Source: Gemmatimonadota bacterium
Lineage (GTDB): Bacteria > Gemmatimonadota > Gemmatimonadetes > Gemmatimonadales > GWC2-71-9
Reading direction: 5' to 3'
Assembly: GCA_036679645.1 (NCBI GenBank)
Contig: JAZDCY010000016.1
Span: forward strand, 37,377 to 101,376
Length of the DNA stretch: 64,000 bases
Position 1 is the first letter of the stretch, and each line of letters opens with the position of its first letter. A model generated the notes under the pieces. That model did not search any database. It saw only the letters and a program-made list of their open reading frames with translations, and was not told the DNA's origin. Positions 54,242-63,608 of the stretch are shown piece after piece. The translations under genes were made by a program, and so were the position numbers.

Positions 54242-55276
54242 CTACCCTCCAATTTCGAGTATGACTTTTCCGGCCTGGCCTGACCGAATAGCGGCCAGCG
54301 CATCGTCGATCTGCTCCAGCCGGAACGAGTGCGTGATGACGGGAGTCGGGTCGAGCTGTCCCGTGATGAGAAAGGTGCGCATCTGGTGCCATGTCTCGTA
54401 CATGCGCCGGCCGATCACGCCATAGACGGTGATGCCCTTGAAGATGAGGTCGTTCGCGAGGTCCAGCGCCACGGACTCGCGCGGGAGCCCAAGCAGGTTG
54501 ATCTGCCCACCGAGCCGAACGCTCTCGAACGCCTGCGCAATAGCGGCCGGATGTCCCGACATCTCGCAGACGAGATCGGCGCCCTCGCCACTCGTTTCCT
54601 CTCGCACGCGAGAGACGAGGTCGTCCCTAGCGGGATTCACGAGGATGTCGGCCCCCATCCGACCTGCCAGTGCCAGCCGCGTCTCGTTGAGATCAGACGC
54701 AACAATTCGGTTGGCACCGGCACTTCGCGCGATGCCGACGGCGAAGCAACCGATTGGCCCACAGCCCAGAATGACGACCGTGCTGCCGGGAACCTCTCCG
54801 GACAGAACGGTGTGGAACGCATTCCCGAGCGGATCCATGATGGCGCCGGTCGTCGTCGGAATACCGTTGAGTGGCATCACGTTGGTCGCCGGCATGGCGA
54901 TATAGTCCGCGAACGCACCGTCTCGGTCGACCCCGATGATCTGCGTGCGCTGGCAGATATGTCCGTTCCCGGTGCGACATTGGCGACAATGACCGCAGAT
55001 GATGTGGCCTTCGGCGGTCACGAGTTGGCCTTGCGAGAACTCCGCGCCGACGTCGGCACCCACGTCGATGACCTCACCGGCGAACTCGTGTCCGACGGTG
55101 AGTGGCGGGCGCAATCTCCCACGTGACCACTCGTCCCACTCGGCGATGTGCAGATCGGTTCCGCACACGCCGGCGTGGTGCACCCGAATCAGCACGTCGT
55201 GCGGCCCGGCGTGGGGTTTGGGCACCTCGCACACGTCGAGGCCGGGGCCTGCTGACATCTTGCGGATGGCGCGCAT
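54242..55276 (-). CDS. tdh: L-threonine 3-dehydrogenase
   Basis: CGTDLHI, GHEFAG, EGHIICGHCRQC, DPLGNA, GRRMYETW. Confidence 0.95.
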   Translation of the reverse strand: MRAIRKMSAGPGLDVCEVPKPHAGPHDVLIRVHHAGVCGTDLHIAEWDEWSRGRLRPPLTVGHEFAGEVIDVGADVGAEFSQGQLVTAEGHIICGHCRQCRTGNGHICQRTQIIGVDRDGAFADYIAMPATNVMPLNGIPTTTGAIMDPLGNAFHTVLSGEVPGSTVVILGCGPIGCFAVGIARSAGANRIVASDLNETRLALAGRMGADILVNPARDDLVSRVREETSGEGADLVCEMSGHPAAIAQAFESVRLGGQINLLGLPRESVALDLANDLIFKGITVYGVIGRRMYETWHQMRTFLITGQLDPTPVITHSFRLEQIDDALAAIRSGQAGKVILEIGG

Positions 55277-55286
55277 GAGACCTCGA

Positions 55287-55310
55287 CGGAATGGCGGAAT
55301 GGCGGAATGG
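55287..55310 (+). repeat. Octamer tandem repeat (CGGAATGG) x3
   Basis: Read directly from the sequence; intergenic between the SDR gene and tdh. Confidence 0.85.
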
Positions 55311-55356
55311 TGCACACGGGTACGCGTTCGCCCTTCCGGTCTTCCGCCCGTCCGCC

Positions 55357-56148
55357 CTAGATAATGCTCCTGGTGAAGCCGCCGTCGATTTGGACAGCCG
55401 CGCCGGTAATATACCGTGCGGGTTCGGAGGCGAGAAACGCGACAGCTGCGGCGAGTTCGGCGGGTTCCCCCATGCGTCCCATTGGGATATCGCCGACGAG
55501 TTCGGCCATGATGTCGTCCTCGTCGCGCCCGCTCTGCGATGCGCGGCGCTCAACCAGCTCCTCCACGCGCCCGGTTCGCATGAACCCGGGGCAGACGACG
55601 TTGACTGTGATGCCGGCGTCAGCCACCTCGTCGGCCAGACTCTTGGCGAAGCCCAACACCCCAGCACGGGCGGTCGACGAGAGAATGAGTCCGGCCAGCG
55701 GCTGCTTGGCGGCGACCGAGGTCACGCACACGATCCGGCCCCAGCCCGCGCGGCGCATGACCGGCACGGCGGCGCGGCACAGATGGACGGTGGACAGCAG
55801 GTTGAGGTCCAGTGCGGCCTGCCAGCTTTCGGCGGGTGTGTCCTGAAACGGTGCGGCGGCCGGCCCACCGGCATTGCAGACGAGCACGTCTACTGAACCA
55901 AAATGGTGGCGCACCCTGTCGACCAGGTCTTCCGCCTCGGCCGGCACGCTGACATCGGCGCGGAATCCGGCTACCTCGTCCGTCGTGTGCTTGCGCACGG
56001 TCGCCACCGCGGTCTCGAGCCGATCGGCGTCCCGTCCGTTGAGCGCGACACGACAGCCCTCGCTGGCAAGGGCCGTTGCAATGGATCGACCGAGTCCCTG
56101 CGACGAACCGCAGACGAGCGCCACCTTCCCGGCGATCCTCAGATCCAC
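55357..56148 (-). CDS. Short-chain dehydrogenase/reductase
   Basis: GSSQGLG, CNAGG, SSTARAGV, VCPGFMRT, YITGAAVQIDGG. Confidence 0.93.
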   Translation of the reverse strand: MDLRIAGKVALVCGSSQGLGRSIATALASEGCRVALNGRDADRLETAVATVRKHTTDEVAGFRADVSVPAEAEDLVDRVRHHFGSVDVLVCNAGGPAAAPFQDTPAESWQAALDLNLLSTVHLCRAAVPVMRRAGWGRIVCVTSVAAKQPLAGLILSSTARAGVLGFAKSLADEVADAGITVNVVCPGFMRTGRVEELVERRASQSGRDEDDIMAELVGDIPMGRMGEPAELAAAVAFLASEPARYITGAAVQIDGGFTRSII

Positions 56149-56170
56149 GGTACCCTCCCTTCCGTTACCG

Positions 56171-59119
56171 TCACACGGCAGCCGGTGACGCGGCTGGCTC
56201 AATACGGACCGCCGTCACCTTGAGTGCGGCCATCTTCGCGTGCGGTTCGAGCACGGGGCTGGTGAGGAGATTGGCGGCGGCTTCGCGGAAGTGGAACGGG
56301 ATCCAGACCTGTTTCCGCGCCACCCGATCGGAGATTCGTACCGAGATCACAATCGCGTTCCGCCGACTGGTGATCCTCGCGAGGTCACCGTCTGCCAGCC
56401 CCAACTCCGTGGCGTCGTCGGGATGCACCTCCACGATGGCTGTCGGCTCGCGTGCGTCGAGGCCACGTGAGCGACGCGTCATCGTACCCGTGTGCCAGTG
56501 GTAGAGTTGGCGGCCCGTGTTCATCACGAACGGGAACGAGTCGTCGGGGAGCTCACCCGGATCGGTGTACTCGACGGGGTGGAAGGTCGCTTTGCCGTCG
56601 CTGGTCGGGAAAGCTCGCTCGAAAAGGAAAGCCGTTCCCGGATGATCGTCCGCCGGCACCGGGTACTGGAGCCCCCCATGGCGGAGTCGTGCGTAGCTGA
56701 CTCCCGCCCACGAGGGCGCGACGGACCGGATTTCCTCCATGATGTCGGCGGGTGACGCAAAGTCGGTCGCGAGCCCGACACGCCGTGACAGGTCCACCAG
56801 GATCTCCCAATCCGCGCGCGCGGCGCCGGGCGGCTCGATGGCCTTTTCGGCGAGTTGGATGCGCCGCTCGGTGTTCACGAACGTACCGGTCTTTTCGGCG
56901 AATGATGCACCCGGGAGCACGACGTCGGCGTACCGCGCGGTCTCGGTGAGAAAGAGATCCTGCACCGTGAGAAACTCGACTTCCCGAAACCATGCTTCGG
57001 CGTGCGCGATGTCGGGATCGGAGATGATCGGGTTCTCGCCCATGATGTAGAGCGCGCGAGTTGGTGATCCGGTGCGGGCCATCTCGGTCACTTTCAGGCC
57101 CGGAGTGAGCGACATTGCCTCCGGATCGACACCCCACGCCGCCGCGAATTTTTCGCGGTTGGCCGGATCTTCCACCGATTGGTAGTCAGGAAACACGAAG
57201 GGAATGGCTCCCATGTCGGAGGCACCTTGGACGTTGTTCTGGCCTCGCAACGGCATCATCGCCGCACCCCATCGCCCGATCATTCCCGTGGCGAGAATCA
57301 GGTTGAGGAGTGCGGTGACCATGTCGTGCCCGGTCAGATGCTGCGTCAGTCCCATTGCCCAGAACGTGCTCGTATTGGGGCCGCGCGCGTAGCACTCAGC
57401 CGCGCGTCGGATGTATCCTGCCGGAATACCGGTGATGGTCGCCGCCCGCTCCGGCGTATACGGTGCCACCGCTTCTCGCACGAGGTCGAATGCGTGGGTC
57501 CGGGAGGCGATGAACGCCCGGTTCTCTAGTCCCTCCGCGAGGATGTGATGGAGCATCGCGTTGTAGAGTGCGACATCGGTGCCGGGCAGCATCTGGAGAT
57601 GGATGTCAGCCCGAGTCGCTAGCTCGGTCCGCCGGGGGTCGGCAACGATCAGGGAGACGCCCCGCCGATGCGCCCGCTTCAATGCGGCCCCGAACACCGG
57701 ATGCGTTTCTGTGGTGTTGGCACCGGCAATGAAGATCACGTCGCAGTCGCTCTCCACCTCCCGCATCGATCCGGATGCCGCCGCGGTGTTCAGCGCCTCC
57801 TGCATTGCTGATACGCTCGTCGAGTGGCAGAGTCGCGTGCAGTGATCGACGTTGTTGGTCCCGAAGGCGCCCCGGAAGAGGCGCTGGAGGAGGTAGTTCT
57901 CCTCGTTCGTGCACTTGGCGCTCTGGAACACCGCCATCGAGTCGGAGCCGTGTTCCGCGCGAATGCGTGTCAATTCCTGGGCGGTGAGATCGAGCGCCTC
58001 CTCCCAGGTGGCCTCGCGGAACGGCTCGAACCAGTCAGCGGGTGTGACGGCCCGGTCGCGGATGTCCATCGTCACGCGCTCGAGCAAGGACAGATCGCGG
58101 ATTCGCTTGCCCTGCGCACGCGGCGGGGCGGCGGCGACGTTCGCTTCACCTTCACCCGACATTGAGCGCCACGGACCGGCGCGGCGATCCGCGCCAGTGG
58201 GGCCCTCCCACATCCAGCGGCCGTCCCGCTTGTTCCACCCCCGCCGGATGAGCGGTGACGTCAGTCGGTCCCGATGCTGGGTGAAGTCGTAGCCGAAGCG
58301 TCCCTTGACGCAGGTCGACCCATCGTTCGGCGTCACCTCATCAAAGGAAGGCGATGTCACGCGCGCAATCTCGTTGTCCTTCACGTGGAGATCGACCTGG
58401 CATCCGACGCCACAGTACGGGCACACCGAGCGGACCACCCGCTCGGCCTTGATGCGTGCCGTGCCGAACCGCTCTTTCGGCATGACCTCGAAAATCGCGC
58501 CGGTCGGACAGACGCGGACGCATTCGCCACACCATGTGCAGGCCGCCTTGTCCGGATCGCCGTCAGCCCCGACCACGATCTGCGCGTGCTCACCCCGGTG
58601 CGCCACATCGAGCACCCCCACGACCTGGATGTCCTCGCAGGCTCGTACGCACCGCGTGCAGAGAATGCATAGGCTCATGTCGTGGGCGATCATCGGATCA
58701 CCGGGCCGCTCGTCGCCAGCACGGAGCGGAAGTTCGTGGCTGGCCACGGGGCGCGGGGATACGCCGTACCGGACGACGTACTCCTCGAACTCGTTCCGTG
58801 CTCCGTCTCCGCCGCTGTTGGTCAGGTGGTCGCCGGGATACCGCTCGAGCAGGAACTCGAGTACGCCATGGCGCGCGTGCACCGCCTGCTCGGACTCGGT
58901 CTCCACGCGCATCCCATCGGTTACCGCAGTTGCACAGGCCGGAACCAGTGTTTCGGATCCCTCGACCGACACGACGCAGATGCGACAGTTGCCCACGACG
59001 GGCAGCTTGGGATACCAGCAGAGCGTCGGGATATCGATACAGGCGTCCCGCGCCACATCCAGAATCGTCATGTCGTCGCGCGCGTCGATTGCGCGTCCGT
59101 TGATGTGCAGTGTCGGCAT
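56171..59119 (-). CDS. Formate dehydrogenase alpha subunit-like molybdoenzyme (Cys type) with N-terminal Fe-S module
   Basis: 2Fe-2S (C..GNCRIC..AC), two CxxCxxCxxxC motifs, CPYCGVGC, active-site RLCH and RGQNNVQG. Confidence 0.92.
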   Translation of the reverse strand: MPTLHINGRAIDARDDMTILDVARDACIDIPTLCWYPKLPVVGNCRICVVSVEGSETLVPACATAVTDGMRVETESEQAVHARHGVLEFLLERYPGDHLTNSGGDGARNEFEEYVVRYGVSPRPVASHELPLRAGDERPGDPMIAHDMSLCILCTRCVRACEDIQVVGVLDVAHRGEHAQIVVGADGDPDKAACTWCGECVRVCPTGAIFEVMPKERFGTARIKAERVVRSVCPYCGVGCQVDLHVKDNEIARVTSPSFDEVTPNDGSTCVKGRFGYDFTQHRDRLTSPLIRRGWNKRDGRWMWEGPTGADRRAGPWRSMSGEGEANVAAAPPRAQGKRIRDLSLLERVTMDIRDRAVTPADWFEPFREATWEEALDLTAQELTRIRAEHGSDSMAVFQSAKCTNEENYLLQRLFRGAFGTNNVDHCTRLCHSTSVSAMQEALNTAAASGSMREVESDCDVIFIAGANTTETHPVFGAALKRAHRRGVSLIVADPRRTELATRADIHLQMLPGTDVALYNAMLHHILAEGLENRAFIASRTHAFDLVREAVAPYTPERAATITGIPAGYIRRAAECYARGPNTSTFWAMGLTQHLTGHDMVTALLNLILATGMIGRWGAAMMPLRGQNNVQGASDMGAIPFVFPDYQSVEDPANREKFAAAWGVDPEAMSLTPGLKVTEMARTGSPTRALYIMGENPIISDPDIAHAEAWFREVEFLTVQDLFLTETARYADVVLPGASFAEKTGTFVNTERRIQLAEKAIEPPGAARADWEILVDLSRRVGLATDFASPADIMEEIRSVAPSWAGVSYARLRHGGLQYPVPADDHPGTAFLFERAFPTSDGKATFHPVEYTDPGELPDDSFPFVMNTGRQLYHWHTGTMTRRSRGLDAREPTAIVEVHPDDATELGLADGDLARITSRRNAIVISVRISDRVARKQVWIPFHFREAAANLLTSPVLEPHAKMAALKVTAVRIEPAASPAAV

Positions 59120-59303
59120 ATGCTCGAATATCCCGCGCTTGCAGCGTTGCTGCAAGTGGGTGGCGCACGCTCAACCCGTTGTGGCGTGCGTGGTTATACC
59201 GCAAAAAACTATTGCGCGTTTCCTCAGCATGTACAATATTGGGCGCGGTCCTCGACCGGCCAATGTGCCGGACCTCGGTCCTCACTCCATGGAGAGGTTG
59301 CTC

Positions 59304-59624
59304 ATGGCAGCGAAACGGAAAGCGAAGAAGGCGGCGAGGAAGACGACGAAACGTCGTGCCGCCAAGAAGCGGACCGCAAAGCGGAAAACCGCCAAGCGGA
59401 AGACCGCCAAGCGGAAGACCGCCAAGCGGAAGACCGCCAAGCGGAAGACTGCCAAGCGGAAGACTGCCAAGCGGAAGACTGCCAAGCGGAAGACCGCCAA
59501 GCGCAAGACAGCCAAGCGCAAAACGGCTAGGCGGAAGACCGCCAAGCGGAAGACCGCCAAGCGCAAAACGGCTAGGCGGAAGACCGCCAAGCGGAAGACG
59601 GCGAAGCGCGCTAAGAGGCGCTAG
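59304..59624 (+). CDS. Histone H1/Hc2-like basic repeat protein (106 aa)
   Basis: GGAGAGG SD; 15 tandem (K/R)RKTA pentamers; no acidic residues. Confidence 0.85.
   Translation: MAAKRKAKKAARKTTKRRAAKKRTAKRKTAKRKTAKRKTAKRKTAKRKTAKRKTAKRKTAKRKTAKRKTAKRKTARRKTAKRKTAKRKTARRKTAKRKTAKRAKRR
59379..59603 (+). repeat. 15-bp coding tandem repeat x15 (consensus AAGCGGAAGACCGCC)
   Basis: Read directly from the sequence; units differ mostly at synonymous positions, plus two K-to-R changes. Confidence 0.92.
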
Positions 59625-59657
59625 CCACCCTCCCGTAGTAGCGCAGTACGTTGCACT

Positions 59658-59679
59658 GGGGCCGGCTGCTGCCGGCCCC
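59658..59679. terminator. Hairpin between convergent genes
   Basis: GGGGCCGGC-TGCT-GCCGGCCCC perfect 9-bp stem; no long U tract. Confidence 0.6.
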
Positions 59680-59694
59680 GCGACGTTTGGGCCC

Positions 59695-60504
59695 TTAGGG
59701 TTTACTCGCGAGAAACCAACGCACCTGCCCGCGGGGCGCGCGCTCGCCGATCCAGTCGCGGTATCGGCTCTGCAGCGCCTCGGGCGCGAGGGCGTGCACG
59801 TTGGGTGGCGGGGCGTCTGCCGGAAGAATGAGATGCACGCCACCGCGCACGGTACGGTCTTGCAGCGTGGTGAGCAGTGCGAGGCGAGACGGCGCGTCCA
59901 GCGCGCTGAGACTGGCGACGTCGAGTACGACGAGGCTCGGCGTGATATCCGGAAACCAGTGTCCCAGTTGTACGACCATGGCCTGGAGCCTCGACGCCAG
60001 GGCTTCGGTCGCGGCACGCGACTCGATCGCCTCGATGCCGTGGAGATCCTGTCCTATCACCAGCACGTGGGCGTCGTGTGCCGCGAGGAAGAATCCTGAC
60101 GGTGCGGCAGCGCATCCGACAATCAGGGCCAACTCGTCCGCTTCCAACCGCTGCGCCAGGCTGGGAAGCGGCGTGGTTGGTGGTAGCCCCCAGTGAGTGG
60201 GCTCTTGTTGCGCCCGCCGCAGCCGAACGTGTCGATGCTTCCAACGCCGGAAGGTCGGCAGCTTCAGCCGCCGCATGATCAGCCGATCCACGTGCTCGAG
60301 CATGAGGACCTCGGTGAGCACGAGCTGCCCTTCCGGATCCGTCTCGAGTTCCCGGACCGCGTCGTCTGCGAGCGCCAGCAGATCCTGGCGTGAAAGCTGG
60401 TCCTTATAGTCTTCGATCCGCTGGAGGATGAACTCCTCGTACGCCTGCCGGAGCGAGAGCGGACGCGCGGCGCGCCTGTCAGCGGGTGCCGGTGAGGTCA
60501 GCAC
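59695..60504 (-). CDS. Hypothetical protein (helical N-terminus, degenerate Rossmann/MTase-like C-terminus)
   Basis: 269-aa ORF overlapping the CDF stop; fold call is inference. Confidence 0.7.
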   Translation of the reverse strand: MLTSPAPADRRAARPLSLRQAYEEFILQRIEDYKDQLSRQDLLALADDAVRELETDPEGQLVLTEVLMLEHVDRLIMRRLKLPTFRRWKHRHVRLRRAQQEPTHWGLPPTTPLPSLAQRLEADELALIVGCAAAPSGFFLAAHDAHVLVIGQDLHGIEAIESRAATEALASRLQAMVVQLGHWFPDITPSLVVLDVASLSALDAPSRLALLTTLQDRTVRGGVHLILPADAPPPNVHALAPEALQSRYRDWIGERAPRGQVRWFLASKP

Positions 60505-61376
60505 GGCTCGACGTGTACGACGATCTCCGTGAACTGCAGCTCGGCGCGCAGCCGCAGCTCGACCGCGTCTGCGATCTGGTGCGCCGCCTCTACGCTAGCC
60601 TGCCCGTCGACCGCGATCGTGAGTTCCGCAAATAGCTGTTCCGGCGAGCCACGGGACCGGATGTGATAGGCGCGCTCGACGCCGGGCACGCGTTCCGCGG
60701 CATGGCGGATGCGGGTCGTGGGCGCGACCTGCTTGTCCACGAGCACGGGGACCGACCGACGCACGATGCCGTAGGCGAGTGCGACGATCACGCCCGAGAC
60801 GAGCAGTGCGACGATCGGGTCGGCGAAGCCGTAGCCCGCGCGCGAAAAGAGCAAGCTGGCAAGGACACCGGCCGTGATCACGACATCGGCTTTCGTATGT
60901 GTGGCGTCGGCGAGCAGGAGGTCGCTACGGAGCTCTTTCCCGCGGCGGGACTCGTATGCGGCGACGATGGCGTTTATCACGAGCGTTCCACCGAGTATGC
61001 CCACTTCCGTGTTCGTGACGTCCAGTGGCTGGGCGCCGCCTACGAGGCGATGCACCGCGCCCCTCACGAGCTCGAATCCGCTGATCGAGAGAAAGACGAC
61101 GATCGCCAATGCCCCGAGAGTCTCGAACTTCGCGTGCCCGTACGGATGATCCTCGTCGGGTGCTTTCGATGCGACCGCGGTCAGCGCGAGCGCGAGCACG
61201 TTGTTCATCGCGTCAACCAAGGAATGCACTAGGTCGCCCAGAACGGCGAGCGATCCGGTAGTCGTGCCGATGACGAACTTGGCCCCCACGACGACGAGGT
61301 TGGCGACGAGGAGGCCGAGCAGAACCAGTTTGATCTGCGTCGTACGGTCGCGCGTGGTGGCGCGATCCTGAGGCAT
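60498..61376 (-). CDS. Cation diffusion facilitator transporter
   Basis: HSLVD, PDEDHPYGHAKFE, HTKAD, C-terminal VHVEP. Confidence 0.94.
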   Translation of the reverse strand: MPQDRATTRDRTTQIKLVLLGLLVANLVVVGAKFVIGTTTGSLAVLGDLVHSLVDAMNNVLALALTAVASKAPDEDHPYGHAKFETLGALAIVVFLSISGFELVRGAVHRLVGGAQPLDVTNTEVGILGGTLVINAIVAAYESRRGKELRSDLLLADATHTKADVVITAGVLASLLFSRAGYGFADPIVALLVSGVIVALAYGIVRRSVPVLVDKQVAPTTRIRHAAERVPGVERAYHIRSRGSPEQLFAELTIAVDGQASVEAAHQIADAVELRLRAELQFTEIVVHVEPC

Positions 61377-61406
61377 GGCCCAATGCTCACTTGGCTGGTG
61401 GGATTG

Positions 61407-62579
61407 TCAACCGGAATCTCCGACTACACGGAGCAACACCGCCTTGAGGTATCCGGTCTCCGGCACCGTGAGCGTTTCCGGGTGATCCGCCGGCTGGCCG
61501 CAGGTTTGTTCCAGGACCACTCGCCGGCCCGCGTCGGCGGCGGCGTCGCGCAGCATGGCGAGAAAGCGATCGCGCCCCACGTGATAGGAACAAGACGCCG
61601 TGAAGAGGTGCCCGCCGGGTGACAGCAGTCGCAACGCGCGCCGATTGATCTCCCGGTACCCGCGCAGCGCACCGGGAACGCTGGCCTTGTCGCGGGCGAA
61701 TGCGGGCGGGTCGAGTACCACGGTGTCAAAGCGTTCGCCGGCGTCGTTCCACTCACGCAGGAGGTCAAAAACGTTTCCTTCGCGCCATCGCACGTTGTCG
61801 ATGCCGTTCCACACGGCGTTACCTTCCGCGCGATCCAGGGCGGCGCGACTCTGATCGACGCCGAGCACGTCGGTGGTGGCGGCGGCCATATGGAGCGCAA
61901 AGAGACCGTCATGGCAGAACAGGTCTAGGGCCCGGCCGTGCGCGACAGCGCCAACCAGCGCTCGGTTTTGTCGCTGATCGAGAAACGCCCCGGTCTTCTG
62001 TCCGGTAACCGGTGCCGCCCGGTAACGAATGTTGCCTTCATGGACTGGGATACTATCGGGGACCTCGCCGCGTGCCTGCTCGACGGCAAGCGGCAGCCCT
62101 TCATGGCGGCGTACCGAGGCGTCGTTGCGCAGGAGGATGCCCCGTGGTTGGAGCTGCTGTTCGACCGCATCGAGCACATCGTCGCGTGCTGTCTCGAGGC
62201 CGGCCGACAGGAGCTGGACGACCGCGTACTCGCCGTACCGATCCACAATGAGGGAGGGCAGGGCGTCGGCCTCACCAAAGGCGACGCGGTACGCACTCGT
62301 CGGGGGGTCCAGCGCCGCGCGACGCCGGTGTGCGGCCTCGAGCCGCGCTGCCCACCACGCCGGATCGATGGCGGTGTCATCGGTCGTGAGCAGACGGAGC
62401 CGGATCTCCGAGCGCGGGCTCCACAACGCCCGACCGATGAACCGCGAGCGCTGATCGGTGACCCGCACGATCCCCGCCTGCGCCGTTCCGGATACGACGT
62501 CGGAGCGGTAGATCCACGGATGTCCGCGCCGCCATCGCTGTGCTCCGCGTGGCGAGACAACGACCGCGTGCTCGCTCAC
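61407..62579 (-). CDS. 23S rRNA m5C1962 methyltransferase family (RlmI-like)
   Basis: GHPWIYRSD (PUA), GQKTGAFLDQR, VLDPPAF, SCS, YLK. Confidence 0.92.
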   Translation of the reverse strand: MSEHAVVVSPRGAQRWRRGHPWIYRSDVVSGTAQAGIVRVTDQRSRFIGRALWSPRSEIRLRLLTTDDTAIDPAWWAARLEAAHRRRAALDPPTSAYRVAFGEADALPSLIVDRYGEYAVVQLLSAGLETARDDVLDAVEQQLQPRGILLRNDASVRRHEGLPLAVEQARGEVPDSIPVHEGNIRYRAAPVTGQKTGAFLDQRQNRALVGAVAHGRALDLFCHDGLFALHMAAATTDVLGVDQSRAALDRAEGNAVWNGIDNVRWREGNVFDLLREWNDAGERFDTVVLDPPAFARDKASVPGALRGYREINRRALRLLSPGGHLFTASCSYHVGRDRFLAMLRDAAADAGRRVVLEQTCGQPADHPETLTVPETGYLKAVLLRVVGDSG

Positions 62580-62932
62580 CGGTCAGGACGCAACGTGGCC
62601 GCCTCGTGCAAGTAGATATGTTTGATATCGGCGGCAGGCCGGTCGGTTTCGACATGGAGTAGCACGCGAATACAGCGCGGCAGCCCGGTGGCGAGATCCA
62701 TCTCTGTGGCACCGAGCAGCGCTACATCGGTCCACCCGATCGCGCGGGCGGCGCGCGCGGGATACTCGCTCCGCAGGTCGGGCGTCGTGGTGAAGATGGC
62801 ACTGATGACGTCACCCGCTGTGAGCGCGTTCGCGTGCACGAGGGCCTCGAGCAGCTCGCGCGTCGCAGCGAGGATCTGGTCCGACGTGTCGTGGTTCGCG
62901 ACAGTCGCGCCGCGGATGCCGCGCACGGCCAT
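62576..62932 (-). CDS. aroH: Chorismate mutase, AroH type
   Basis: VRGIRGAT, PARAAR, LPRCIRVLLH, YLHEAATLRPD. Confidence 0.94.
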   Translation of the reverse strand: MAVRGIRGATVANHDTSDQILAATRELLEALVHANALTAGDVISAIFTTTPDLRSEYPARAARAIGWTDVALLGATEMDLATGLPRCIRVLLHVETDRPAADIKHIYLHEAATLRPDR

Positions 62933-62944
62933 AGGAGTTACCTC

Positions 62945-63580
62945 ATGTCCATCGACGTTCGTCTCATCGCAATCTGGGATCCGTCGGTGCTGGGCACGCG
63001 GGCGATAGCATCCGTGCAGGCGGTAGAGGCCGGCGGAGCCACAGCGCTCCAGGTGCGCATGAAGAATAGCGGGGCGGGCGAGCTCCTGCGCTGGACCGAA
63101 CAGCTCATGAGAGCCGTCACGCTCCCAGTATTCGTCAACGATCGCGTGGATGTCGCCTGGGTGGCCGGCGCGGCCGGTGTCCACTTGGGCGCCGCCGACC
63201 TATGCGCCAATCGCGTGCGCGGCGTGTCGCCCCGGACGCTCCACATCGGTGTGTCCGTCGGGACCGGCGCGGAAGCGGCGCGAGCCCTGAAAGGGGAGCC
63301 GGACTACTGGAGTCTCGGTCCCGTGTTTGCGACCGGCACGAAGGCCGATGCCGGACCGGCCATCGGCATCGACGGGTTCCGCTCGCTGGCCGAGCTGGCC
63401 CCCGCACACGTGCCGGTCGTTGCCATCGGGGGTATCACGGCCCAGTGTGCTCGTGCCGTGTGTGAAGCCGGGGCAAGTGGAGTGGCCGTGGTCAACGCGA
63501 TCTTCGGCGCCCCGAACCCCGAGCGGGCAACGCGGGAGCTGCGAGCCGCCGTCGATGAGGGTGTTGCCGGCTCGCGGTGA
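62945..63580 (+). CDS. thiE: Thiamine phosphate synthase
   Basis: LQVRMK, FVNDRVDVA, GVHLG, GPVFATGTK, VVAIGGI. Confidence 0.92.
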   Translation: MSIDVRLIAIWDPSVLGTRAIASVQAVEAGGATALQVRMKNSGAGELLRWTEQLMRAVTLPVFVNDRVDVAWVAGAAGVHLGAADLCANRVRGVSPRTLHIGVSVGTGAEAARALKGEPDYWSLGPVFATGTKADAGPAIGIDGFRSLAELAPAHVPVVAIGGITAQCARAVCEAGASGVAVVNAIFGAPNPERATRELRAAVDEGVAGSR

Positions 63581-63608
63581 CCGTTAGGCGGCGCAGTTCC
63601 CCCGCAGT

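Noticed and set aside
56171-59119. Selenocysteine recoding in the FDH gene
   Set aside because: The active site is Cys (RLCH) and the ORF has no internal TGA.
59282-59590. Antisense ORF of LAVFR repeats and other long antisense or alternate-frame ORFs (e.g. 18632-20365, 33906-35366, 51215-52702)
   Set aside because: Shadow ORFs of high-GC coding strands; the opposite frames carry the recognisable motifs.
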